Assembly: GCA_902802355.1 (NCBI GenBank)
Contig: CADCLU010000003.1
Span: forward strand, 3,870 to 67,869
Length of the DNA stretch: 64,000 bases
From: an uncultured Erysipelotrichaceae bacterium
GTDB lineage: Bacteria > Bacillota_I > Bacilli_A > RFN20 > CAG-826
Reading direction: 5' to 3'
A model generated the notes under the pieces. It was not told where the DNA came from. It searched no databases and worked only from the letters and a program-made list of their open reading frames with translations. Of the stretch, positions 28,517 through 37,831 are shown piece after piece. How positions within the stretch are numbered: position 1 is the first letter of the stretch; each line of letters starts with the position of its first letter. The position numbers and the translations under genes were made by a program.

Positions 28517-30322
28517 TTATTTCCCTTTCACGTTTGTATTGAAACCTTTCATTTCAAGGACACGGGTAGCGTGTTTTTCATTGACCTCCACGATCTCGCG
28601 GCTGAACGGTGCGAAGATGTTGCAGCTTATGTAGTCGATGCCACTGCTGACGACGAGTTCGATGGAGTCCCAGTTCTTAAGATCGCTTGCGATGATCGGT
28701 TTCTTGAATTTGATGAGCCTCTCTACGAGAGCGTGTAACTGCGACCTGATCGTCGCGTCCATGTTTCTTTCGCTGCCATGCGAGCTGAAGTCGACAATGA
28801 AGCTGTCGCCCATGGCCAAGAGCTCTTGGTCAATGAGGAGGGCCTTGCCACTAAGGACGAAGGCGATGTCATAGTCGTTTTCGTGGATTTCGTTGAAGAG
28901 CCTCTTGACCTCTTCTAAGCCCATGCTTCCGACGGCGTTATTGACGTCAGACTCTTTGAGGGTGAAGACGAGGTTCGCTTCCTTCGCGTTACGTAAGCGC
29001 TTGAAGAAGGCTGGGATGGACTCAAGCTCATTCATAAGGGCCGGGTAGAAGAGCTTTTGGCTCTTGAGTTCTCTCTCGGCGATATATGTTCCGACTAAGT
29101 TCTTGGCGATGGCGGCGAAGAGGTTCTTCTCGTCTTTCGCTCTAAGAGCGTAGTTCTTGAGCTCTTCCATGTTGTAGAAGGCGCAATCGGCGGTAGGCTC
29201 GGCTCTTCCGATGAAGCCATAGACACGCCTTCTGCCGATTGAGTAGATAGGTCGATAGGTGTAAAGGATCTTCTTCTCGTAGATGATTCTCTCAACCTCA
29301 CTTCTGTAGTTGCCGGACTCACTGGTCTCCGCGAAGTCATCGATGCCCTGTTTGTAGAAGTAGATCGATGATGGAAGTTCGAAGGCGTTGGCGGCACATT
29401 TCCTTGAGGCTAAGAGAATGGCGGTACCGTCACCGAGTAAGTCTTTATTGGCAACGACACCGACCTTGATCTCAAAGAGGTGGTCATGAGGTTTGCGGTT
29501 TGCTTTAAGCGAGGAGGTAACGCTGTTGACGACCTTAAGGGCGAAGCTGATGGCCTCGGTGTTGTCGTTCATGTCGTAGTTGGCGATGATGTATTCCGCC
29601 TCTCCCCCACCGAGAAGTTTGGCTGGGGCTTTGACGTATGGCTCTAAGGCCAAACGGTATCTGAGAAGGAAGGATCTGCTGAGCTTCTGTTCTTTATTAT
29701 TCTCAGCAAAACCGTAATCTTTTGGCCTGATGGCGAAGCAGAAGGTCATGCCGTTGCTAGTTCCGTTGGCCTTAAGGTAATCGACGAAATCACGTTCGGA
29801 GGAAAGAAGGAGAGATGGGCCACTGGCGGATCTTCCGTTCTTCTTGTCGAGAAGGATATAGCTCTCTAAGTGGGCGATGCCTTTTGCCGGGTCAACCTTA
29901 GCGACTCTAAGGAAGGCCGGGAACTTCTTCGTGGACCTCTTGAAGAAGACGGTTGTCTGAAGGTAATCGGTGGTTTGTTTTCCCTCTAGGACATCATTGA
30001 CCCAACTCTTGATTCTGTTTGGCTCATGTCCTGGGAAGGAATCGTAGAACTCCTGGATGGAGCAGGTACGTTTTTCGGACATCGCACCAAGGTTGAAGTA
30101 AGTCACGACATCGAGGGTGTTGTCGATTTTGTATACGCGGATATTGGAGGCTTCGTAGGTCATGGCTTTGAAGTACTCGTCGTCTCTTTTCCTCGCCAAA
30201 AGGAAGGTGATGATGAGAATGATGATCACCGCGCTGGCCAACAAGAAAAGGACGAACCTGAGAATAAAAGGCCAATCGAGGCTAGCAAGCCAGTTTACGA
30301 TGTTCTGGAAAAATTCTGCCAT
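28517..30322 (-). CDS. Membrane-anchored protein with degenerate EAL-like (and possibly degenerate GGDEF-like) domains
   Basis: N-terminal TM. C-terminal region IDQELLAMGDSFIVDFSSHGS...IIASDLKNWDSIELVVSSGIDYIS resembles EAL motifs (DDFGTG, EGVE, QGY) but is degenerate. 8 nt upstream of proS. Confidence 0.35.
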   Translation of the reverse strand: MAEFFQNIVNWLASLDWPFILRFVLFLLASAVIIILIITFLLARKRDDEYFKAMTYEASNIRVYKIDNTLDVVTYFNLGAMSEKRTCSIQEFYDSFPGHEPNRIKSWVNDVLEGKQTTDYLQTTVFFKRSTKKFPAFLRVAKVDPAKGIAHLESYILLDKKNGRSASGPSLLLSSERDFVDYLKANGTSNGMTFCFAIRPKDYGFAENNKEQKLSRSFLLRYRLALEPYVKAPAKLLGGGEAEYIIANYDMNDNTEAISFALKVVNSVTSSLKANRKPHDHLFEIKVGVVANKDLLGDGTAILLASRKCAANAFELPSSIYFYKQGIDDFAETSESGNYRSEVERIIYEKKILYTYRPIYSIGRRRVYGFIGRAEPTADCAFYNMEELKNYALRAKDEKNLFAAIAKNLVGTYIAERELKSQKLFYPALMNELESIPAFFKRLRNAKEANLVFTLKESDVNNAVGSMGLEEVKRLFNEIHENDYDIAFVLSGKALLIDQELLAMGDSFIVDFSSHGSERNMDATIRSQLHALVERLIKFKKPIIASDLKNWDSIELVVSSGIDYISCNIFAPFSREIVEVNEKHATRVLEMKGFNTNVKGK

Positions 30323-30409
30323 GTCTAAAATGTGGTCTTAGACCACGGCTTCATTTTAGCACGCGAAAAAGCAGTAAAGGGAACAAATTGATGAAGCGTA
30401 CATCTTTTC

Positions 30410-30439
30410 TTGCTAAAGAGCCTACCTGTGGTTTATGAT
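30410..30439 (+). promoter_or_regulatory. Sigma-A-type promoter for tRNA-Ser(CGA): TTGCTA-18-TATGAT
   Basis: The hexamers lie 10 nt upstream of the tRNA 5' end. Confidence 0.4.
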
Positions 30440-30449
30440 TTCTCACGCC

Positions 30450-30540
30450 GGAGAAGTACCCAAGCGGCTGAAGGGGTTAGTCTCGAAAACTGATAGTGGG
30501 CGCAAGTCCAGCGAGGGTTCAAATCCCTCCTTCTCCGCCA
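30450..30540 (+). tRNA. tRNA-Ser (anticodon CGA)
   Basis: GGAGAAG acceptor, long variable arm, anticodon loop CTCGAAA, T-arm GGGTTCAAATCCC, 3' GCCA. Confidence 0.85.
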
Positions 30541-30554
30541 AACTTAAATTGATC

Positions 30555-30582
30555 GGTTCCAAGAAATTGGAACTTTTTTATT
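30555..30582 (+). terminator. Rho-independent terminator after tRNA-Ser(CGA)
   Basis: GGTTCCAAGAAATTGGAACTTTTTTATT. Confidence 0.65.
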
Positions 30583-30841
30583 CGCCCATTCTATGGAGCA
30601 AAGCTCCAACTTCGCTTAGTTTCTCGTCTAATTCGTTTTCGCAGCACGCGTCATGAACGCAGTGCTTGATGTGGGCGAGAAGGACAATCTCATTGGCCTT
30701 TTTGAGGACAGCGATCGCGGCCATGAGCTGATTGGAAATGTCGATGCAATATGCATCGTCATCGACCATTTTCTGAATGCCTTCGATCTGTCCTTTCGCT
30801 ATAGCGAGCTGGCGTTTTACCTTTGTTGGATCTGCTTTCAT
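30578..30841 (-). CDS. csoR: CsoR-family copper-sensing transcriptional repressor
   Basis: 87-aa DUF156-type protein with metal ligands (C..H..C: AYCIDI..., HIKHCVHDACC). Confidence 0.8.
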   Translation of the reverse strand: MKADPTKVKRQLAIAKGQIEGIQKMVDDDAYCIDISNQLMAAIAVLKKANEIVLLAHIKHCVHDACCENELDEKLSEVGALLHRMGE

Positions 30842-31062
30842 TATTTAACTGACACGAATTTGAAATGTGTCTCTCCTAATGCGTTCTTGTACTCTTCTTC
30901 GGAAAGAGGGGCTTCCGCTTTGACTTCGGCGATTCCTTTCTGATAAGAGACCTTGACCTTCTTCACGCCTGGAAGTTTCTCAAGGATGTTGGTGACTGTG
31001 CGGGCGCAGCCTTCGCACATCATCCCTTCAATGTTGACGATTTGTTTTTTGAGCATATTCAT
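30841..31062 (-). CDS. copZ: Copper chaperone CopZ (HMA domain)
   Basis: GMMCEGCARTV heavy-metal-associated motif. 73 aa. Confidence 0.85.
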   Translation of the reverse strand: MNMLKKQIVNIEGMMCEGCARTVTNILEKLPGVKKVKVSYQKGIAEVKAEAPLSEEEYKNALGETHFKFVSVK

Positions 31063-33359
31063 TCTCCTTTTTTAATAGCTTTTCTTTTGAATAGACGTAG
31101 CCTCAACGCATTGAGGACGACGGTCACTGATGATATCGACATGGCGATTGATCCATACATCGGTTGCATGATGACGTATGGATAGAGCACCCCTGCCGCT
31201 AGAGGGATGAGCAAGATGTTATAGAAGAAAGCCCATCCAAGATTCTCTTTGATATTGAAGACGACTTTGTGGCTAAGTTCGATTGCGGAAACGACATCAA
31301 GAGGATCGCTTCTCACAAGGATGATGTCGGCGGAGTCGATAGCGATGTCGGAACCCGCTCCGATGGCGATGCCGATATCGGCTTTTGTGAGGGCCGGGGC
31401 GTCGTTTACTCCATCGCCGACAAAGACCACTTTATGGCCCTCATCTTGGAGGCGAGAAACAATGGCTTCTTTGTCCCCAGGAAGGACCTCAGAATACACA
31501 TCATCAACGCCTAATGATGAGGCGATTGCTTTGGCGGTAATCTTGTTGTCTCCGGTGACGATGAAAACCTTTTTACCGAGGTTTTGCAGGGATTTTATTG
31601 CGGAAACGCTGTTTTCTTTGATTTCGTCTCCGATGGCAATTAAGCCAATTAGTTTTCCTTTTTCAGCAACATATAGAGGCGTCCAACCTTGCTTCGAAAG
31701 GGATAAGAAATCGTTCTCTGATTTTGAAATATCAACGCCTTTGTTTTTCATGAGAGAAGCGTTTCCGATGACGGTCTCATCGCCTTCCACGCCTTCGCCG
31801 GGAATGAATTCGAAAGACTTGCTGAGAGAGACCTCGATGTTCCTCTTTTTGGCTTCATTGACGACCGCTTTCGAGAGAGGGTGTTCGGAGTGGGCTTCCA
31901 CTGCCGCAGCGACTTTGAGGAGAGAGGATTCATCGCCCTCGTAAACCTTGATTGAGCGAACACTCATTTCCCCTTTGGTAAGGGTTCCGGTTTTGTCGAA
32001 AAGAACGTAATCAACCTTCTCTAATCTTTCAAAGGCTTCCGCTGATTTGATAAGGATGCCATTTTCCGCGCCTTTGCCGGTTCCGACCATAATGGCGACT
32101 GGTGTCGCTAAACCTAAAGCGCATGGACAAGAAATGACGAGAACGGTAATCGCGAATCTTAAGGATAAGGAAAGAGGCGTTCTTGTTGCGGCGACAGGAA
32201 CGATATTGAGATTCGTGAGGATCATCCAAACGACGAAGGTAACGATTGATAAGCCGATGACCGTTGGGACGAATATCAAAGATATTCTGTCGGCGAGCCT
32301 CGCCATTGGGGCTTTGGATTCGCTGGCTTTCTCAACCAAACCGATGATTTGGGAGATGGTCGTGTCTTTTCCGACAGAGGTTACTCTGAAGGTGAATGAA
32401 CCATTCTTGTTGATGGTCGCACCGATAACCTTGTCTCCTTTGGTTTTGTGGATTGGGAGAGATTCTCCGGTGATGGTTGATTCATCGATATCGCCATAAC
32501 CGTCTTCGATGATTCCGTCCGTTGGGATTGATTGGCCTGGTTTAACAACGACTATATCGTCGAGCATGAGGGATTCCGTTTGGACTTCCACTTCTTCACC
32601 GTTTCTCAAGACATAGGCGGTATCCGGTGTGAGGGCCATCAGATTCGTTATCGATTCAGTGGTTTTGTTGGTCGCTCTCTTCTCGAAGTATTTGCCAATT
32701 GAGACGAAGACAAGGATCATCGCTGCCGCCTCAAAGTAGAGATTCATAAAATGAACCATGACCTGACTGACATCGTTATTGGCCCAGCCAACAATCATCA
32801 TCGCGTATGAATAAAGACTATATAAAAGGGATATGGAGCTTCCTAAAGCGATGAGGCTATTCATATTCGGATGAAGCTTGAAAAGACTCTTGAAGCCAGA
32901 GGTGAAGTAATTGAAGTTGATGAGGATGATTGGGATGAGGATGAGGATCTGAAGGGTGACTTCGATGAAGGCGATGAGCGAGAAGTTAGGATCGTCAGCG
33001 CTTGGCCAATGAGCATACTCATGAACCATCATGCCTCCCATGGAGACGACCATAAGGAGAGCAAGAAGGCAAAGCGAAACGATTAGTTTCACTAAACGGG
33101 AATGGAGTTCCTTCTTCTTTTTCTCCTGAATCTTCTTGAGGGATTCATTAACGAAAGGAGAGGCGCCATAACCGATCTTCTCGACGGCCTCGATGATGGT
33201 ATTGTCGTTCACCTTGCTCTCGTCAAATTCGACGACCATGTTATTGGCAAGCAAGGAGACGTTTACATTAGTAACTCCATCAATTTTGCACACTGCCCTA
33301 TCAACATTAGCCTGGCAGGCTGCGCACATCATTCCGGTTACGTTGTACTTCTTCTTCAT
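31059..33359 (-). CDS. copA: Copper-translocating P1B-type ATPase
   Basis: N-terminal HMA (GMMCAACQANV), CPC motif (SCPCALGLATP), DKTGTLT, GDGVNDAPAL. Confidence 0.9.
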   Translation of the reverse strand: MKKKYNVTGMMCAACQANVDRAVCKIDGVTNVNVSLLANNMVVEFDESKVNDNTIIEAVEKIGYGASPFVNESLKKIQEKKKKELHSRLVKLIVSLCLLALLMVVSMGGMMVHEYAHWPSADDPNFSLIAFIEVTLQILILIPIILINFNYFTSGFKSLFKLHPNMNSLIALGSSISLLYSLYSYAMMIVGWANNDVSQVMVHFMNLYFEAAAMILVFVSIGKYFEKRATNKTTESITNLMALTPDTAYVLRNGEEVEVQTESLMLDDIVVVKPGQSIPTDGIIEDGYGDIDESTITGESLPIHKTKGDKVIGATINKNGSFTFRVTSVGKDTTISQIIGLVEKASESKAPMARLADRISLIFVPTVIGLSIVTFVVWMILTNLNIVPVAATRTPLSLSLRFAITVLVISCPCALGLATPVAIMVGTGKGAENGILIKSAEAFERLEKVDYVLFDKTGTLTKGEMSVRSIKVYEGDESSLLKVAAAVEAHSEHPLSKAVVNEAKKRNIEVSLSKSFEFIPGEGVEGDETVIGNASLMKNKGVDISKSENDFLSLSKQGWTPLYVAEKGKLIGLIAIGDEIKENSVSAIKSLQNLGKKVFIVTGDNKITAKAIASSLGVDDVYSEVLPGDKEAIVSRLQDEGHKVVFVGDGVNDAPALTKADIGIAIGAGSDIAIDSADIILVRSDPLDVVSAIELSHKVVFNIKENLGWAFFYNILLIPLAAGVLYPYVIMQPMYGSIAMSISSVTVVLNALRLRLFKRKAIKKGE

Positions 33360-33361
33360 AG

Positions 33362-33378
33362 ATACCCCCAGGGGGTAT
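33362..33378. promoter_or_regulatory. CsoR operator: perfect 17-bp GC-rich palindrome ATACCCCCAGGGGGTAT overlapping the copA -10 box and RBS
   Basis: Closely matches the B. subtilis CsoR operator (TACCC...GGGGGTA type). It lies 3 nt upstream of the copA ATG. The -35 TGGACT (33400-33405) and -10 TACAAT (33377-33382) are on the minus strand. Confidence 0.7.
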
Positions 33379-33488
33379 TGTAGAGCATCTCAAAAAGAGA
33401 GTCCATTCAGGTGATAAAAAACGTTCACTCATTGTGGTATCGCTTTTTTGCAAGCTATAATGAAAGACGAAAGGTGGATTGTTTACAA

Positions 33489-33998
33489 ATGAAAACATTC
33501 CTTAAATACTCCGGCTTCTTAGCTGCTGTCATCGCTGTTGTCGGTTTCATTTTAATGATGACAACCCCTGCATTCTCTAATGGCGACCATGTTATCACTG
33601 GCACCCAAGCCATTTTTGGCGAAGATTTGGGTGAGGTTCTTGGCGTCAAGTCCCACATGGATGCGGCTTGGTCCGCGACCCTTGGCTGGATTCTTGCCAT
33701 GGTCGGCGTCATCGCCCTCCTCCTTGGCGTTGTCCTTCCACTTCTCAAACTTGAGAAATTCGCCGGACTCGTCAACCTCATCGCTCTTGTCGCATTGGTC
33801 ATCGCTGGCGTCTTCGTCTTCATCTCTCAGCCATGTTCTGTTACCACAAGCGGTTACGGAAACGCTGCTATTACAAACCCATATTCCGATCACGCTCTCA
33901 GCTCCACTTGGATCATTGCCGCCATCCTCTACATCGCTGCTGGTGCCATTGCTATCCTTCCAGCTGCCATGGATTTATTCGGCAAGAAAAAGAAGTAA
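33489..33998 (+). CDS. Small membrane protein (hypothetical, 169 aa)
   Basis: AAAGGTGGA RBS. Four TM helices. Start moved to MKTFLKYSG. Confidence 0.5.
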   Translation: MKTFLKYSGFLAAVIAVVGFILMMTTPAFSNGDHVITGTQAIFGEDLGEVLGVKSHMDAAWSATLGWILAMVGVIALLLGVVLPLLKLEKFAGLVNLIALVALVIAGVFVFISQPCSVTTSGYGNAAITNPYSDHALSSTWIIAAILYIAAGAIAILPAAMDLFGKKKK

Positions 33999-34045
33999 TC
34001 AACTTCCCTGATTAAAAAATAAGGAGCTGGTCAAACAGCTCCTTT

Positions 34046-35113
34046 TTATTTGATTGGTTTGGTGAAGAACCTGCCAGCCACGCTCGTGAGAGGCATGACC
34101 TCGACGAAGCTCTCATTGTCTTCTCTCTGGATGAGTCTCATGACGGCATTAAGCTCGTCCGATGAGATAACCATGATGAAGACGAATTTATCTTTTCCAC
34201 TGTAGACGCCTTTGCCTTGAAGCTTTGTCGCAGCGTGCGGGAAGCTCTCAATAAGGACATCGCCAAGAGCCTCTTTGGAAGTAATAACTTCCACTTTGAC
34301 TTTCTTGTTCCTCGTATTGATCGCATCGACGACAAGCTTGGTGACGAAGAGGTAGATCGCGGTGTAGAAGGCACCAACGACGTATCTCGCAGCCATATCG
34401 GCATCACCCCAGCCCTCTTTGGTGATCGAGAGAAGGATGAAGACGAGGAGTGTCGCGCCATTGAGGATGACGGCATAGCTTCCGACGAGGGTCTTTTTCT
34501 TAAGGCCAATGTAGTAAGCGATGATGTCGACTCCACCAGCGGAGAAGTCGCCTTTGTATGCGAGCGCGGATGATAAGCCTGTGCAGACGCCACCGAACAA
34601 GGCTCTAGAAAGCATGCCTCCGTTCTGGACGGTGAAGTCAGCGATGAGTTTAAGGAATGGGATGTTCGTGACTGTGAATAATTTGATGAAGATAGAAGTC
34701 TCAACGACGTTGACGAGGGTCATGATCGTGAATCTCTTTCCAATGCCAAACCAGGCAATGAAGAGGAGAGGGACATTGAGGACGAAATAGAGGATTGAGT
34801 AAGCGGTATGCTCATCAAGGGTGCCACCTTCTGCTACAGTCTTCCAACCGCATAATTCGCAGATAAGGGTGATGACCTGGGAGAGACCGGACATGCCGCC
34901 GGAAAGAATCTTCTGGTGAAGGACGTCCCCTTCTCCAACAAGGACTCCAAGATCCATGAAGGTGTTGAAGCCGACAGCAAAGATAAGGGCACTGACCGTA
35001 GAAAGGAGAACGGCCAAAACATAGCCTATTGAGGCCTTGGTTTTATGATGGTCGTAGAGCCAGTCATTAAACTCGGTCTTTAATTCGTTTACTTTGTTTT
35101 TGAGTTTTCCCAT
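34046..35113 (-). CDS. YitT-family (DUF161/DUF2179) membrane protein
   Basis: YitT-like N-terminal TM core and C-terminal DUF2179-like soluble domain. The -10 box is 9 nt from the ATG (leaderless candidate). Confidence 0.6.
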   Translation of the reverse strand: MGKLKNKVNELKTEFNDWLYDHHKTKASIGYVLAVLLSTVSALIFAVGFNTFMDLGVLVGEGDVLHQKILSGGMSGLSQVITLICELCGWKTVAEGGTLDEHTAYSILYFVLNVPLLFIAWFGIGKRFTIMTLVNVVETSIFIKLFTVTNIPFLKLIADFTVQNGGMLSRALFGGVCTGLSSALAYKGDFSAGGVDIIAYYIGLKKKTLVGSYAVILNGATLLVFILLSITKEGWGDADMAARYVVGAFYTAIYLFVTKLVVDAINTRNKKVKVEVITSKEALGDVLIESFPHAATKLQGKGVYSGKDKFVFIMVISSDELNAVMRLIQREDNESFVEVMPLTSVAGRFFTKPIK

Positions 35114-35408
35114 CTCGCCGTAATTATAGAATATAAAACCCTTTTCTCAACTGGTTTCGTTCGCTTGGCGGAAGAAAGTTTTCAAAAACCAAAAATATGC
35201 TGTTTTTGCAGGGGATTTTTGAAAAACTTTAATTGGACAAAATGAACATACGCATATAGGGGTATAAAGAGGTTGTTGGACTATTTCTTTCGGTGGCTCC
35301 TTATTTTTTTAACAAAAATAATCATGTTGTTGCTGTAATCAGGTCACAATGGTATGATTTATACGCTGTTTCTAGGAAACAGGTCACTTTCCCGGAGGAT
35401 TAATACTA

Positions 35409-36347
35409 ATGATCATCTTAAAATCCATCGGCGCTTTCTTCGTCAGAATCTGGCGCTGGATTAAAGAGACTGCCTGGGTTCAACCGCTTCTTATCGTCGG
35501 TGCCATCTTCGCTGTCATCTTCTCTATCCCATACATCACTGAATGGGCCGCTAGCTGGAACCAGTCCGGCAAAGGCGCTTTCTATAGCTCCTACCAGCTC
35601 TCACTCGAAGGCGAAGATACCGCTGATGCCACCATCTCCAAAGCCGATGCCATCACCGCTGCTATCGAGAAGGCCAATGATGCCGCCTACACCAACGACG
35701 ACAACACCAAGAAGTCCAAAGCCGAACTTGAGGCCATCCAGACCGCTAACTTCGCTGACATCATCAAAGACTATGGCGAGAAGTTCTATCTCGTTTACAT
35801 GGCCGATGACAATAGCTCCGCTTCCGAATTTGAAGAGGGCTTCAAGTTCCTCAGCGACAACTGGAACAATGAGTCCTTCGGTTTAAAGGCCAACGATATC
35901 AGCCCACTTCAGTTCAAGCTTCACGTCATCAACTCCTCCGAAGAATCTTCCAACGATAGCGAGTTCGAAAAGAACCCATCCCAGACCACCGCTTGGAAGC
36001 GTTACCTCATCAACTACACCGGTTTATTCAACGTTGCTGGCCCATGGCTCTATGAGCACATGCCAAAGGTCATCAATGGTTCCATGGGCGAAGATAAGTT
36101 CACCCACTTCTCCTGCTCATCCGCTGACGACGACTTCCCAGTCCCAACCGTCTGCCTTTGCGACTTCACCCTTGAAGCCATCGCCGATGGAAGAGCCGGG
36201 TTATCCGAAGTTGTCTTCTCAAGCACCGGTTCAACCGCTAACGAAAAGGCCAAGAACCTTCTCAACATGTGGAACCACCTTGATCCATATAGCAGCAACA
36301 ACGACTACACCAGCACTTCCAAAAAGGAATACCGCGTCGCTCGCTAA
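35409..36347 (+). CDS. Secreted/membrane-anchored hypothetical protein (312 aa)
   Basis: N-terminal TM/signal anchor. Acidic Ala/Asp/Ser-rich ectodomain. GGAGGATTAATACTAATG RBS. Confidence 0.45.
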   Translation: MIILKSIGAFFVRIWRWIKETAWVQPLLIVGAIFAVIFSIPYITEWAASWNQSGKGAFYSSYQLSLEGEDTADATISKADAITAAIEKANDAAYTNDDNTKKSKAELEAIQTANFADIIKDYGEKFYLVYMADDNSSASEFEEGFKFLSDNWNNESFGLKANDISPLQFKLHVINSSEESSNDSEFEKNPSQTTAWKRYLINYTGLFNVAGPWLYEHMPKVINGSMGEDKFTHFSCSSADDDFPVPTVCLCDFTLEAIADGRAGLSEVVFSSTGSTANEKAKNLLNMWNHLDPYSSNNDYTSTSKKEYRVAR

Positions 36348-36411
36348 TAACAAGCAATCAAAAACGAGGCCAATCACGACCTCGTTTTTCTTTTATATAT
36401 AAGAGGAAAGA

Positions 36412-36888
36412 CTAGAGTCCCTTTTTCTCAAACATCTTGATGACGCAAGAGGGAACGAGGGAGGAGACATCCACCCCTCCTTTCCTTAACTCATTGACTG
36501 AGCTAGAGGAAACGAAGTTCTCATCCTTTCTCGCCATGAAGAAGACCATATCGATCTCTGGGGCGGCAAACTCATTGGCCGCGGCGAGCTGGAACTCATA
36601 TTCGAAATCGGAAACGGCACGGAGGCCTCTGATGATCGATGGAGCATCGACCTTCTTGCAGTAATCGACGGTAAGGCCATCGTAGTAGTCGACTTTGACA
36701 TTAGGCATGTCTTTGACGCTGTCCCTCATCATCGAGAGCCTTTCCTCAATCGTGAAAGCGCCTCTCTTCTTTGGGTTAACGGCCAAAAGGAGATAAACCT
36801 CGTCAAAGATCTTAAGGGATCTCTTAAGGACTTCTAAGTGACCGTTGGTGATTGGGTCAAAGGAACCTGCATACACGGCTTTTTTCAT
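36412..36888 (-). CDS. coaD: Phosphopantetheine adenylyltransferase
   Basis: KAVYAGSFDPITNGHLEVLKRS. Start set at the ATG preceded by GGAGGT; the ORF finder used an upstream TTG. Confidence 0.9.
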   Translation of the reverse strand: MKKAVYAGSFDPITNGHLEVLKRSLKIFDEVYLLLAVNPKKRGAFTIEERLSMMRDSVKDMPNVKVDYYDGLTVDYCKKVDAPSIIRGLRAVSDFEYEFQLAAANEFAAPEIDMVFFMARKDENFVSSSSVNELRKGGVDVSSLVPSCVIKMFEKKGL

Positions 36889-36890
36889 AA

Positions 36891-37424
36891 TTACCTCCAA
36901 AGGATCATTACCTTGGTCCTGCCATAATGATACTCCCTACAGCGGGAGAATAACTCTTTTGGTGCCTCGACCTCACCTTCATACTCAAGTACCACTACCC
37001 CATTTTGGGTGAGCCTATCATTCTCAATGAGGAAGCGAGGGACATCTTTGTAGACGTCCTTCATCGCATATGGTGGATCGAGGAAAACGATGTCGTATTT
37101 GTCGCTAAAATTATTCAAAACCCCTGCAAAATCGCTGTGGATTGCCTTCGCGTTGCTTTCTTTTAGGGTCGCGAGATTCTTCTTGATGACCTCAACCGAG
37201 GAACCATCCATATCGCAGAAATAGCAGAACTTCGCGCCTCTAGAAAGTGCCTCAATACCAAGGGCTCCTGAGCCAGCGAAAAGATCAAGGCAGATAGAGC
37301 CAGGAAGGTCCATGCTCAAAGCGTTCATCATCCCAGTTCGGACGATGGATTTGCTAGGGACCTCTAGATGAGGCGGAACCTCAAGGTTCCTCGTTCTATA
37401 TTTGCCACCTACTACTTTGATCAT
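36891..37424 (-). CDS. rsmD: 16S rRNA (guanine966-N2)-methyltransferase RsmD
   Basis: LDLFAGSGALGIEALSRGA and VFLDPPY motifs. Conserved rsmD-coaD gene order. Confidence 0.8.
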   Translation of the reverse strand: MIKVVGGKYRTRNLEVPPHLEVPSKSIVRTGMMNALSMDLPGSICLDLFAGSGALGIEALSRGAKFCYFCDMDGSSVEVIKKNLATLKESNAKAIHSDFAGVLNNFSDKYDIVFLDPPYAMKDVYKDVPRFLIENDRLTQNGVVVLEYEGEVEAPKELFSRCREYHYGRTKVMILWR

Positions 37425-37786
37425 TTTGCGTCACTGCTTAAGGTCTTCTTCCTATAAGGTCCGAAGATGATGTCATCGATCTGCATATAGATGTCTCTGA
37501 CCTCAATGAAGGCCTCGCTATATTCTTTCGCAAGAGGATATGAATCGAGTTCGGCTTTAGCCTCATGTAAGGCTTTGCCAACCTTCATGGCCTCTTCGCT
37601 ATTCTTGTCTTTGTAGGAAAGGATTTCACTATATTCCCTTTCAAGATCGTCCTTCTTTTTGACGAGCTCCATGAGGGATGAATCTTCATAGAGTTTCTTC
37701 TCAAGTTCGTTAAGACGAATGACGCGTGGATCACTCTCAATCGCATCCTTAAGGGACTCAAGAGATTTGCTAAGGGAAATATTCAT
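37421..37786 (-). CDS. YlbF/YmcA (UPF0342)-like regulator-family protein
   Basis: 121-aa helical protein whose overall pattern (LNELEKKLYEDSSLMELVKKKDDLEREY...) resembles the YlbF/YheA family. Confidence 0.4.
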   Translation of the reverse strand: MNISLSKSLESLKDAIESDPRVIRLNELEKKLYEDSSLMELVKKKDDLEREYSEILSYKDKNSEEAMKVGKALHEAKAELDSYPLAKEYSEAFIEVRDIYMQIDDIIFGPYRKKTLSSDAK

Positions 37787-37831
37787 ATGCTTATTTTAAG
37801 CATTTTTGTCTCGTCATGATACAATAAGCAC

